64,000 bases of DNA from Mustelus asterias (taxonomy: Eukaryota). Of this stretch, positions 12,010 to 24,441 are shown piece by piece; position 1 is the stretch's first letter; each line of letters begins with the position of its first letter. Both the position numbers and the translations under genes were made by a program. The stretch lies in contig NC_135825.1 of assembly GCF_964213995.1 (NCBI RefSeq), positions 12,090,001-12,154,000 on the forward strand, read 5' to 3'. The notes under the pieces were generated by a model. It did not search any database. It saw only the letters and a program-made list of their open reading frames with translations, and was not told where the DNA came from.

Positions 12010-13386
12010 ACTTCATTTATGTCAGGTGAATATAGTTAACCAGTTATAGCCTTATATTTAAAGTTTTAAATTTACTTATTTATTAGTCACAAGTAAGGCT
12101 TACATGAACACTGCAATAAAGTTACCGCAAAATTCCCCTAGTCGCCACAGTCTGGCGCCTGTTCGGGTCAACGCACATCTGACCAGCACGTCTTTCAGAA
12201 TGTGAGAGGAAACCAGAGCACCTGGAGGAAACCCACCCAGATACGGGGAGAATGTGCAAATTCCACACAGGCAGTGACCCAAGCCAGGGATAGAACCTGG
12301 GTCCCTGGTGCTTGAAGCAGCAGTGCTAACCATTGTGCTACTGTGCTGCCCCCTATATGCTGGTCTAATTATAATGATTCATTACTAATCAGGCTCGCCT
12401 ACATGACTACACAATCCAAACATCCACACCTGCTTGCTATGGCTTGTGATTATCAGAGTTCTCCCCCTCTGTCTCTTGGGCAGCTTGTGTGTGCTGCCCA
12501 TCTGTAAGTGTGGGAGCTGCACTGAAACATCTTCACAGCAGTTTCGCAGTGAACTTGTAATTAATTCAAGGGGAACACTACTGCATTCAATGATGCTCAT
12601 CCCTTTAGAATGATAGCATCTTTCATATTCCTATCTCACAGTAGAACCAGCAGCGATCCTAAATTAGAATTTGCAACATCCACATTTAACACAAAGAAGT
12701 ATATTTATTTGGAGCTTCAGCATAGTAAAATGCCCCAAGACCAATGGCAGCTTAACCAGGTACAAACTGAAACTACATCAAGGAAGAAGATATGAGTGAA
12801 GGTGACTAAAATCTTTCAAAGGTTTAAGGCAATGCCTTAAAGGGATAATGAAGTGATGAATTAGTCAGAGAGAATTCCAGAGCTTAGGGACACGATGGGT
12901 GAAGTTACAGCAAGGCCAAGCTCTCATCACAGAACAGGTGGACTCATTGGCGTTTGATAGCATTTTCTTATTCTTAAGTTTTGTTCTGTTTTGGCAGTAA
13001 TACTTGAGACATTACAGGAATATACGAGAGTGTAAACTGAAAAATGTCATCAAATCCAAAGTTGGGATGAAATGATTAACGAGGTCTCATTTCTGATGGT
13101 AAAGCTATCCAATGAGATTAAAGATTGGAGCCAATCCAAGGTGTGGTTCAGTCAAACAGCTTCAATACATTTAAGACAAATCTACAGAAGCAAATGTGAG
13201 TGAAAGGAACAGAAGCTTATAGTGGTCGGGTTAGATAAAGAGGGATGGGAGGAGGCTTGTGTTGAGCATCAAATCCAGCATGGACCAGTTGGCCTGAATG
13301 GCCTGTTTCAGTCCTGTCAATTCTATATCATCCAGGTTTGAAAATTTCCAGACATTAGTCAGAGAACTCATACTTCATCTCCTCAC

Positions 13387-13439
13387 CTGATTGTCATTAA
13401 GATTATCGTTATCTCTTCCGTGGCTTATGTCATTTGTAT
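13387..13439 (-). CDS. Gene A exon 8: juxtamembrane cytoplasmic (D)TNDISHGRDNDNLNDNQ
   Basis: Strong acceptor cattttcatttttcag|AT and donor CAG|gtgagg; 53 nt, phase 1 to 0, exactly bridging the TM exon and the ITIM exon. Confidence 0.75.
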
Positions 13440-13766
13440 CTGAAAAATGAAAATGTTAACATTGAAAAGGCTTTAATTGGAATGGTAGATATGCTTAGAA
13501 TGTCTAAACTGAACATGTGTTGCAGGGTACATGGCCCCACATTGATTAGCATTGAAAGAAAGGCAAATGGGTTGTTATCTTTTGCTGCAGAGGGGTTTGT
13601 GTATAAAATGGGGAATTGGTGAGGCCACACCTGGAGTGCTGTTTGTAGGTTTTGGGCTCCAGGTAGGACATACCCACCCTTGGTTCACTGCGCTAATTCC
13701 CGATACGGAAATTGTGTTATGAGGAAAGATTGAGTAGACCAGGTGTAATAACTCGAGGCAACTCAA

Positions 13767-14013
13767 TGTGGTAAGTTACAAACTAAAGGATTTATTGATT
13801 GAGAAGAACTCAATACAATGAAGGGTTTAATGGCACAACGATACAGGCCGACTCCTAACAATGTCCTGGCTTCAACAATAGCCTCCAGCCCCCGGGCTGC
13901 ATGCCCTCGCTTCCTATAGGCTCCCGATAGACTTGTGCACTTGCACTCTATTGGTTACGGCCCAGTCACATGGCCCCTGAAGGATTGCGCAATAAAGGGG
14001 CAATGGTACCACA
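13767..14013. mobile_element. Probable short solo LTR inside a degenerate CR1
   Basis: 7-bp terminal inverted repeats TGTGGTA...TACCACA; flanks tcaa/ccaa. Confidence 0.5.
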
Positions 14014-14980
14014 CCAAGCCGATATTCTCTGCTGTTCAGCAGGATGAGCGATGATCTCATTGAAAAACAAAATCTTAATTGACTTCACAGGGCAGATATT
14101 GAGAAAATGTTTCCACTGACTGGAGAATCTAGAACACAGAGTCCATAAGACCATAAGATATAGGAGCAGAATTAGTCCATTCAGCCTATCGAGTCTGCTC
14201 CACCATTCAATCATGGCTGATAAGTTTCTCAACCCCATTCTCCCTCCTTTGATCCCCTTCCCAATTAAGAATCTATCTATCTCTGCCTTAAATCTGTCAC
14301 AGTCTCAGAGCACAGCGTGGGCCCATTTACTGAGATTGGGCGAGATTACAGAAGGTTCTGTATCTTTGGAATTCTCCATCGCAGAGAGCTGTGAATGCTC
14401 CACCATTGAGTGCACTCAAGTCAGACATGGATAGATTTTTGGGAGCTTGGGGAACTAGCCTGTCACACTGAAAGATCACTGAAAGATTTCCCTCACAGAG
14501 CTAAGCAAAGAAATGACTTGGGGCGGAATTTTCCTGTCCCGCCCACATTGCGAATCGTAGCCGGCAGGAAAGAAAATTTAAAAGGTCTGTTGGCCTGGGT
14601 GGGAACTTCCAATCTTGGGCCATACACAGCCAAAAGAATCCCGCCCTTGGTCTTAAACAGACCTACATGACCCTATTGAATGGCGGAGCAGACCCGATGG
14701 GCTGAATGGCCTACTCCTGTTCCTATTTCTTATTGTCTTATGGTCTCTATCGTTCTAAACCCATGTTGAGTTTCACTTTCTCCAGAGTTCACAGGGTTAT
14801 TTGTTGTTTCCAAACAACAGCAACAACTTCAATATTCTTCCATGTTGAATACATCTATATTAAAATGTGCAGGATACCAGAATCAGAGATGTTTGTTGAT
14901 TGCAGCAAATTAGGTTCTCTTTATATTCTTCAGAAAATTATTGTAACTTAAGAAATGATTCAGGAGAAACAGAAACTCAC

Positions 14981-15069
14981 CCTTGTCGATTCGCCTCCGG
15001 TACAAAAGCAGAGAAACAGCGAACACCACAAGAATGGCCCCCAGCACCCCGAGCACAATGTAAATCAGA
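14981..15069 (-). CDS. Gene A exon 7: neutral transmembrane exon LIYIVLGVLGAILVVFAVSLLLYRRRIDK
   Basis: Acceptor ttcctattctctgtgtcacag|T, donor AAGG|gtgagt; 89 nt, phase 2 to 1; 23 uncharged residues followed by an RRR stop-transfer. Confidence 0.9.
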
Positions 15070-15114
15070 CTGTGACACAGAGAATAGGAAATGAGCAGTG
15101 TTGGACTTTACAAT

Positions 15115-15955
15115 CATAGAAAGTTTACAGCACAGAAAGTGACCACTTGGTCCATCATGTCTGTTGTGTTAAAAACCGGCCCCCCAGTGCAGTCCCATTC
15201 TCCAGCATTGTGTCCATTGCCCTGCAGATTATCCAGACATCTCTGAAATGAGTTGAGTGTTTCTGCCTCTACCACCCTTTCAGAAATCTGCAGCCCTCTG
15301 GGTGAAAACATTTTTCCTCATCTCTCCTCCCATCTTTCTACCAATTTCGTTAAATTTATGCTCCCGAGTCACTGACCTCTCTGCTAAAGTAAACTGGTCC
15401 TTCCCGCCCACTCTATCTGGGCTGCTTTTAATGTTGTCCATCTCAATCAATTCTCCCCTAAACCAAGGACAACAACCCCAGCCGACCAATGTTTTCTTCT
15501 TGGCTGCAATTTTCCAGTCCTGGCAACATCCCTGTAAGTCTCCTCTCTGATACATCCTTTTTGTCATGAGGTGACCAGAACTGCTCACAGTCCTCAAGTT
15601 GTGGCCTAACTAACATTTTATATAGTTCCAGCATAACCTTTCTGACCTTATATTCCAAACTTAAACTAATAAATGAAAGGATTCCATGTGCCTTCTTAAC
15701 CATCTTATCAACCTGTCCTGCTACCTTCAAGGACCTGTGGACACTCACTCCAAGGTTTCTCACTTCCTCTACATCTCTCAGTATCCTCCCATTTATTGTC
15801 GACAGATTTGCTTTGTTTGACCTGCTCAAATGCATCACCTCACACTTCTCTGGATTCTATTCCATTTGCCACTTTTCTGCCCACTTGACCAGTCCATTGA
15901 TATCTCCCTGCAGTCGATAGCAATCCTCCTCGCTATCGACCGCATTGGTAATTTT
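15115..15955 (-). mobile_element. Degenerate CR1 LINE fragment
   Basis: NLGVSVHRSLKVAGQVDKMVKKAHGIL...LEDCEQFWSPH (ORF 15458-15838). Confidence 0.8.
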
Positions 15956-17520
15956 CATGTTAATTCTCCCTACCTTACGTCTCAACCATTAATATATGCC
16001 AGAGAAAGCAACCTAGCATTGAGCTTTGGAAACAGCCTTCCAGTCACAAGAACAGCCATCAACAATCATCCTTTGTTTCCTGCCACAATTGATTCTTGGC
16101 CATTTGTTCAAGGAAGTGGGTTTTGAAATTATATCGCACTTTTCATGGCCTTTGGATGGTCTAAAGAATCTTACAATCTTGGAAGTACTTTTAAACAACC
16201 ACCACTGTTGTGATATGGGAGATGTGGCAACCAATTTGCACACCGCAAAATCTCAGAAACAGCAGTGAACTTTGACCAGATCAATATTGGCCATTTCTTC
16301 AGAGATTTCCTTGTCTGCTTTCTCTGTAGATCAGAAGTGACCTGCTGCGTATTTCCAGCAGCTTTTTCATCGTTAGTTGGTATTTTTTCCTCATCACCAT
16401 TGTAACCTCTGTGTTTACATTGGACAACAATTTCTGCTCTTTCTGTGTGTCCCAACTATGTTAGGGGTAGTGGGTTTTAACAGAAAAAGAAAATACCTGG
16501 TTTGCACACGTAGATTCAAACAAACACACAACAGGTTTTATTGAAGAGTTGCTCTCTGCACTGCATCAAGTACAAAACTGACAGTAACACAGCAGCCTGA
16601 GCACGCACCCTAATGACATCACATCAAATCAACCCTTTTTAAAACTCACACCTTCATTATGAAGCAAACACAACAACATCCCGCCAAGGTTTCTGATCTG
16701 AGAGTTATTGAAAAATGATGCCCAGTCTCCCGGATCATCAGAGACTGGACATATGACCCAAGATGTGTGTCAGGACCTTGCCGATGACCCAACATGATGA
16801 CCTCCATGGGAATTGCCTCGGACGTTGGAACTTCCAACGGATAATTCTGCTGTTCCCTGGGTCCCTCTGTGAAAATCTTCAGCTCTGGGTAAGAGTCAGA
16901 CACTTCAAACAATTCCATGGGGCTTAACTGGATAGTTACCCAGGAAATGTTAGAGTGAAAGAATCAAGTTTAATTCCTGGGTAATCACAGAACTGACCCC
17001 CGAATAATCACACTGACCCCCTGGAGTCCCCCCAATCCTCTGATTAACCCCCTGACATACCAACTATCACCCCACACCCCGACTATCTCCTGTCACTTCA
17101 TCAAACTACGACCTCACCCAACTGCCATCCTACCCATCTCACACACCTATGACCTCACTCATCTGTCTTCTCACCCACCTACCACTATTGCCTCCTGCTA
17201 CCAACACATCTATCCACCTGTCTCCCGATCCATCTTTCACCCGACCCACCTGTGGTCCTACTGAGTTCCGATGGAGTTCTCCGAGGGACACTGCGCTCCA
17301 CAGTTCAGGAGAATCTGGACTTGGAAGATCAGGCAAGAAATGTGGAGCTGAGTCAAGGGTGGAAAGCTTCAAGCGGAGTGGCAATCCAACAATGATTGCT
17401 GCTCTGTGACTGGCCCAGGACAATAAATGAAATCCATCCTCGCGCCAAAGTTGTGAAAGAGGATTTAATCACTCACACAGAAGCCATGTCATTTAAACAC
17501 TAACAATAAAAACAGCGTAC

Positions 17521-17599
17521 CTTTCGGCAAATTTGTAGTTTGGAATTGAGGAATGTGTTGGCGATACTGTTAAAACGTCACAAGGATTTTCAGGTCCAA
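17521..17599 (-). CDS. Gene A exon 6: Ser/Thr/Pro-rich stalk (V)GPENPCDVLTVSPTHSSIPNYKFAE(S)
   Basis: Acceptor gtttccttgtttcag|TT, donor AG|gtacgc; 79 nt, phase 1 to 2, joining the C2 exon to the TM exon in frame; conserved and open in the paralog at 52708-52786. Confidence 0.8.
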
Positions 17600-19909
17600 C
17601 TGAAACAAGGAAACAACATTCAGATCAGCCTCATTTTCATTGTCGTGAACCGAGAGAGTCACATTGTCAAGTGGCACCTCGACCTGAGGGAGAACCACGT
17701 TGAGGGAGCACCTCTTCTTGGGATGTGGGTGTCGCTGTTTAGGCCAGCAATTATTGCCCATTCCTAAGTGCCCTTGAGAAGGTGGTCATCAGATGCCTCT
17801 TGAACCACTGCAGTCCATGTGGTGTAGGTACACCCACAGTGCTGTGAGGGAGGGAGCACCCATCGCATCTATGCCAGTCAAAGACAAACCACCTGACTAT
17901 TCTAATCCCATTTTCCAGCACGTGGCCCATAGCTTTGTGTGCCTTGGCATCACGAGTGCACATCTAAATACTTCTGAAATGTGAAGACACCAGTAAAACT
18001 TGCCTATTACTCCTGGAAGAGGGCCATGTAATCATTTACATTTAGCTGAAAGGATGCATGGATCAGCAGTTCAACCAGACAATAGCACCGTCAACAGCAG
18101 AGCGCAATCTCCGTGCTGTACAGTGATATCAACCCCTTTCTCGGAAGGAGAATTTGAACTCACAACCCATTGGTTTCAGAAATCAGGCTGCTACCAACTG
18201 AGCCCCTTCTGACACTGACATATTTGAATATTAAACATTCAAACTGGTTATAGTCCTCATTAATTCAGGACTATCGTTAGTGTTTATGTTAACACTGAGT
18301 AATTCAGTGTTTAGAACATGGAATTCTGAGATTTTGAGCAGCATTTTGTGATGATAGAATTTTCTGGCAAAGAAGGAAATTTGGTCCATTGCCCTCCATC
18401 GCTATGAAAGAATTTGCCATTTAGAATCAGAGAATCCATGCAGCGCACAAGGAGGCCATTTGGCCCATCGAGTCTACAGCGACACTCCCATTGTCGTGTC
18501 TTTTCCCCAAATCCTCCTAAATGTCTGCTCCTTTTTAGCTTCCCTTGTGAAAGCTGTTATTTATTCTGTTTCTAACGCAATCCATATCTTAATAATCATT
18601 TGCATCAATAAAATTCTCCCAATTTCTCCCGCTGTCCTTGTTGTGATGATCTTAACTGGATTCTCTCGAGTATTCACTCACTTACTACTGGAAATAATTC
18701 GTCTCAATTTATCTTATCAAAGCTTCAAATAATTTTGAATAGATTTAGCAGACTATTTCCTTCTATTCTAATGATTCTTTGCCGGTGTTAGCTGTTGGGA
18801 GCACTCTTGTATCTGCAGCCACAAGGATCTGTGTTCTCGCCCTACTCTAGGAATCAAAAATCAAAGCTGAAACTCCTGTGCAGTACTGAGGAAGTGCTGC
18901 ACTGTTGGAGGTGCTGCCTTTCGGATGGGATGTTGAACTGAGTCCCCAATCTGCCTGCTCTATGGGCGGCATGGTGGCACAGTGGTTGGCACTGTTGCCT
19001 CACAGCGCCAGAGACCCGGGTTCAAATCTGGCCTTGCGTGACTGTCTGTGTGGAATTTGCACATTCTCCCCGTGTCTGCGTGGGTTTCCTCCGGGCACTC
19101 TGGTTTCCTCCCTCAGTCCAAAGATGTGCGGGTTAGGTGGATTCGCCAAGCTAAATTGCCCCTCAGTGTCAGGGGGAACTAGCTGGGGTAAATGCATGGG
19201 ATTATGGGGATAAGGCCTGGGTGGGATTGACGTTGGCGGAGACTCGATGCGCCAAATGGTCTCCTTCTGCACTGTAAGATTCTATGGATTCTATGAAACT
19301 ATGGATGTATAAGATCGATGGCACTTGATCTCCTGAAGAAAAACAGAAGCGTTATCCGAAATCACCCGGTGATATTTATCCCTCAATCAAAAACAGGTTA
19401 TCAGTTCATTATTTTGAGTTTGCTGTGTGTAAATTGGCTGCTGTGTTTCCTGCCTCACAACAGTGACAGTGCTTCAAAAAGCATTTCATTGGTTGTAAAG
19501 CGCTTCGAGAAGTCAGATGACTGTGAAAATAAATGGAAGACATTCTTTCATTTTGTAAGTGAGACCTCTTAAGATGCTATCATTTCACATCAACTCTTCA
19601 ACTCTCTATCCTTACGATTCATCCTAAAGCAAGAGACATCAGCTAAAGATTGTTATTCACAATTTGATCTCCAAGAAATGGGAACAGGAATGGTTAATGG
19701 AGACCTTGTCAGTCAAGTTCTATTTAATATTAATGGGATTACTGCAACATTTAGACATGTTTGGGGAATATTTTATGATCCTGATATTTTCAATCAATAT
19801 TTTAATCAGTAACTTTGTTCCGAGTTGTTGAGGGACAAAGCAGAGTGAATTTTGTCAGTTGCAGTCATTCAGAGAGACATTAGGAACCGAACCAGCAACC
19901 AGCTTATTT

Positions 19910-21540
19910 AGAACTTAGAACATAGAACATAGAACAGTACAGCACAGAACAGGCCCTTCGGCCCACAATGTTGTGCCGAGCTTTATCTGAAACCAAGATC
20001 AAGCTATCCCACTCCCTATCATCCTGGTGTGCTCCATGTGCCTATCCAATAACCGCTTAAATGTTCCTAAAGTGTCTGACTCCACTATCACTGCAGGCAG
20101 TCCATTCCACACACCAACCACTCTCTGCGTAAAGAACCTACCTCTGGTATCCTTCCTGTGTCTCCCACTACGAACCCTATAGTTATGCCCCCTTGTAATA
20201 GCTCCATCCACCCGAGGAAATAGTCTTTGAACGTTCACTCGATCTATCCCCTTCATCATTTTATAAACTTCTATTAAGTCTCCCCTCAGCCTCCTCCGCT
20301 CCAGAGAGAACAGCCCTAGCTCCCTCAACCTTTCCTCATAAGACCTACCCTCCAAACCAGGCAGCATCCTGGTAAATCTCCTCTGCACTCTTTCCAGCGC
20401 TTCCACATCCTTCTTATAGTGAGGTGACCAGAACTGCACACAATATTCCAAATGTGGTCTCACCAAGGTCCTGTACAGTTGCAGCATAACCCCACGGCTC
20501 TTAAACTCCAACCCCCTGTTAATAAAAGCTAACACACTATAGGCCTTCTTCACAGCTCTATCCACTTGAGTGGCAACCTTTAGAGATCTGTGGATATGAA
20601 CCCCAAGATCTCTCTGTTCCTCCACAGTCTTCAGAACCCTACCTTTGGCCCTGTAATCCACATTTAAATCAGTCCTACCAAAATGAATCACCTCACATTT
20701 ATCAGGGTTAAACTCCATTTGCCATTTTTCAGCCCAGCTTTGCATCCTATCTATGTCTCTTTGCAGCCTACAACAGCCCTCCACCTCATCCACTACTCCA
20801 CCAATCTTGGTGTCATCAGCAAATTTACTGATCCACCCTTCAGCCCCCTCCTCTAAGTCATTAATAAAAATCACAAAGAGCAGAGGACCAAGCACTGATC
20901 CCTGCGGCACTCCGCTAGCAACCTGCCTCCAATCCGAAAATTTTCCATCCACCACCACCCTCTGTCTTCGATCAGACAGCCAGTTACCTATCCAATCGGC
21001 CAACTTTCCCTCTATCCCACACCTCCTCACTTTCATCATAAGCCGACCATGGGGGACCTTATCAAACGCCTTACTGAAATCCATGTATATGACATCAACT
21101 GCCCTACCTTCATCAACACACTTAGTTACCTCCTCAAAAAATTCTATCAAATTTGTGAGGCACGACTTGCCCTTGGCGAATCCGTGCTGACTATCCCGGA
21201 TTAATCCGCATCTTTCTAAATGGTCGTAAATCCCATCTCTAAGGACCTTTTCCATCAATTTACCAACCACCGAAGTAAGACTAACCGGTCTATAATTACC
21301 AGGGTCATTTCTATTCCCTTTCTTAAACAGAGGAACAACATTCGCCATTCTCCAGTCCTCTGGCACCATCCCCGTGGACAGAGAGGACCCAAAGATCAAA
21401 GCCAAAGGCTCTGCAATTTCATCCCTTGCCTCCCAAAGAATCCTAGGATACATTTCATCAGGCCCAGGGGACTTTTCGACCTTCAGTTTATTCAAAACTG
21501 CCAGGACATCCTCCCTCCGAACATCTATTTCCTCCTATTT
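19910..21540 (-). mobile_element. Young CR1 LINE, 5'-truncated, open 498-aa RT ORF (19999-21495), in gene A intron 5
   Basis: KSPGPDEM, NYRPVSLTS, DFSKAFDKVPH, KFADD; (TTCTATG)n tail near 19915-19935. Confidence 0.95.
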
Positions 21541-21554
21541 CAACTATCACTTAC

Positions 21555-21878
21555 CAACACTGTTGATCTGTGCCACATAACTGCAATTCTCCCCTGATCT
21601 GTTGATCACTGACACTGAAACCATTTCACTGGATTTTTCTTCCTGGTGATTTGAGGCTGTGCAGTAATATTGATGATGTTGCTGTGTGAAGGATTGACAA
21701 TGTAGATCCAGTTTATTGGTGTCAGAGATCTCTGAATCTTCAGACGGGGTCTTTTCATACCATGTGTACTGAATGGGAAGTGATCCCTGGACAGACTCAC
21801 AGGAGACGGACACTGAGCCCCCAGAACATGAGGCATTTGGTGGTGATAGAAATTTAAGTTCAGGAACAGACACGGGTT
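21555..21878 (-). CDS. Gene A exon 5: Ig C2-type domain D4 (FCRL-like)
   Basis: ttttccacag|AA ... GTTG|gtaagt; 324 nt, phase 1-1; VSCESVQGSLPIQYTW...QYYCTASN. Confidence 0.92.
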
Positions 21879-23139
21879 CTGTGGAAAAGACAATCATTAA
21901 CGGATTTTCACAGTAACTTCATTGCAGTGTTAATGTAAACCTAATTGTGACACTAATTTATAAAAGCTTTAACAATAAACTTTAAAATTTTAAACTTTAG
22001 AATTACCAAAAAATTAAATTGTTTCATAGTCCCAATATTTCTACACCTCATCCAGGGTGTGAGGCGGAAGGGGAAGTGTTAGAGAGAGAGAGAGTTGGCA
22101 GTGGGAGCTTGGCCGAATGCAGGTAGTATCTATTGATTGCTGTCATGAACAGCAGATATTCATGATAGCAGATTAGTTAGTAACAATCATTGGAGTGTGA
22201 CCTGAGATAGACTGTGGATGTTTGCTGAGATAACGGAGACTTAAATATCTTTCCAAAAATCTAATCTTGACCTGAAATCCACCTCCGCTGCCAGTTGGAA
22301 TTGGGAATTTGGCGCTCAGCCAAATCTCCATTCACAGCAGCGGGACTGGATAATTCCAGCTGCGGACGAGTTTGGTGAATTCCAGCCATTGTTTGGAGTT
22401 GTATTTAACATTTAACAGTAAGTACCGTTTAACACTTAAGTGTGAGTACTGTTTAAAGTCGAGGGCGGGGTTTTATGGCCTCGAATGAGCGAGACGGAAA
22501 ATACCGCCCAAGGTCAACACCCTTGAGTCTGCCCCACACCCGCTCCGATACCATGGCGGGCGAGGCAGTAAAATTCCGACGTACGTATCATCCAAAGGAC
22601 ATGAGCTGGGAGATAGAAGCTATCCACTGGCAGCAACTGGAATAGTTAATTGGGGAAACTGGCTTGAACTGGTCATTTTGTACTGAGTCTCTTTGTTTTT
22701 GAACATATAAATTTAGACATTCTCAGTGCAAACAGCACTGGAGTCTGCCTTCAACCGAGTGTGGACGTTTAATGAGCTGAAGGAATTTACTACAGGGGAA
22801 GAAGTGAGCTGTTGGTGAGTATCTGGGGAGTATCCCGGAAGTGGGCAAGGTCTATTATCCAGGCATTAGGAGCAAGGGTGAGGTCCTTGCCAACTTGTTC
22901 ACCAGGAGAACGGGGTTCAAGGTGCAATAAAACTGACCCCATCTCTCTGGATCATTACTCTTGGCCTCTGAATTACAATTCCTGCAACATAATCATTGTT
23001 CTAACTGCCCTCTAGCTGCCAGACTCTGCACTGCTGTGGAGCCTCGGGATATCGGAGCTGTCAATGTCTCCTCCCAGGTAAAGCACCGATCAGACATTTC
23101 AGTCGAGAGTAATAAAGATAATCACGGAGAACAATGTAC

Positions 23140-23448
23140 CGTCAGATATTTGTAGCTTTACAGGAAACATTGAAAGGAGGCCGGGCTTATCAATACCACA
23201 GCTGTACCATCCTGCATCTCCTGAATGAAGATCCTCCATAGTAACAACAAATAATGCTTGTGTCTTGTGATCTGTGATCGACATTCTCCCTCGCCGTCCA
23301 TCTGGATCGTCTGATTTTACCAAAACAGAGCACTGACGACTCCAAGTTTTCACATGTGACTGAGACAATTTGTCATAGTGACAATCTATAGTGATCGATC
23401 TTCCCAAAACTCCTGTTACATTATTTTTTGCCCACAATGCACTTGCAG
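23140..23448 (-). CDS. Gene A exon 4: Ig V-type domain D3 (CD300/pIgR-like)
   Basis: tgtcttttcag|CT ... GACG|gtacat; 309 nt, phase 1-1; GRSITIDCHY...GRMSITD...DAGWYSCG. Confidence 0.92.
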
Positions 23449-24117
23449 CTGAAAAGACAACAGGTCAAAAATTGAACTGAAAATAATTGCTTCATACAAA
23501 CAGATATATTTCAATAGGATTTACCACTGTGTTCAGAGAAATCTCTCCAATACACCTTCTAATGCAATTGGATACTTCCTTGTTTGATATCGTTGGGCAC
23601 ATTGAATATGTGCTTCCGGCGGATTGATAATTAGACAACCATATTGAGATTGTATCCCAAGCCCTTTATAAAGCAAGACCCTGAGTGGTTCCATTAATCT
23701 TTTAGTCTTGGTTGGGACCTGGTGTGTTCACCACAGGTGTGTGGGAATTCTTTATTTTCATTTTGTACAATAGAAGCACGGTTCCTTCACAGCCGGCTCC
23801 TCGAGTTATTATATTCTCAAACAGCAATTCTCAGACAGCAGATTGTCTGCTCATGATCACGTTGCTCTTAGAGGGAGCTTATTGCTCACAAATTGGTGCT
23901 GAGCTTCCTACATCACAACAATGGCTCTGAATCAGTTCCAGCATTGACCAGAACGGACTTTAAAACTGTCCTGAAGATGTGAAAAGTGCAAAATAAATGC
24001 AATTCTATTTTTATTCCAATTGCTTCGAGCAACTGATAGAACATAAACCATGAGCAATTCAGACTGATGTTAATTTAAAAATTCGTTGTACTTTTTGAAG
24101 CGAAAAGAGATATTTAC

Positions 24118-24441
24118 CAATGTTGCTGATTTGTGTTAAATAACTGCAGTCATTCTCTGAAATGTGGATCACTGACACTGTAACCATTTCACTGGATTTT
24201 TTTCCCTGGTTATTTGAGGCTGTGCAGTAATATTGATGACGTCGCTGTTTGAAGGATTGACAATGTAGATCCAGATTATTGGTGTCAGAGATCTTTGAAT
24301 CTTCAGACGGGGTCTTTTCATACCATGTGTACTGAATGGGAAGTGATCCCTGGACAGACTCACAGGAGACGGACACTGAGCCCCCAGAACATGAGGCATT
24401 TGGTGGTGATAAAAATCTAAGTTCAGGAACAGACACGGGTT
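24118..24441 (-). CDS. Gene A exon 3: Ig C2-type domain D2 (FCRL-like)
   Basis: tttctttcccacag|AA ... ATTG|gtaaat; 324 nt, phase 1-1; closely similar to D4. Confidence 0.92.

Noticed and set aside
16457-16656. Possible 200-bp solo LTR (TG...CA, TTTATT), also at about 51443-51641
   Set aside because: Boundaries and TSD are not convincing by eye.
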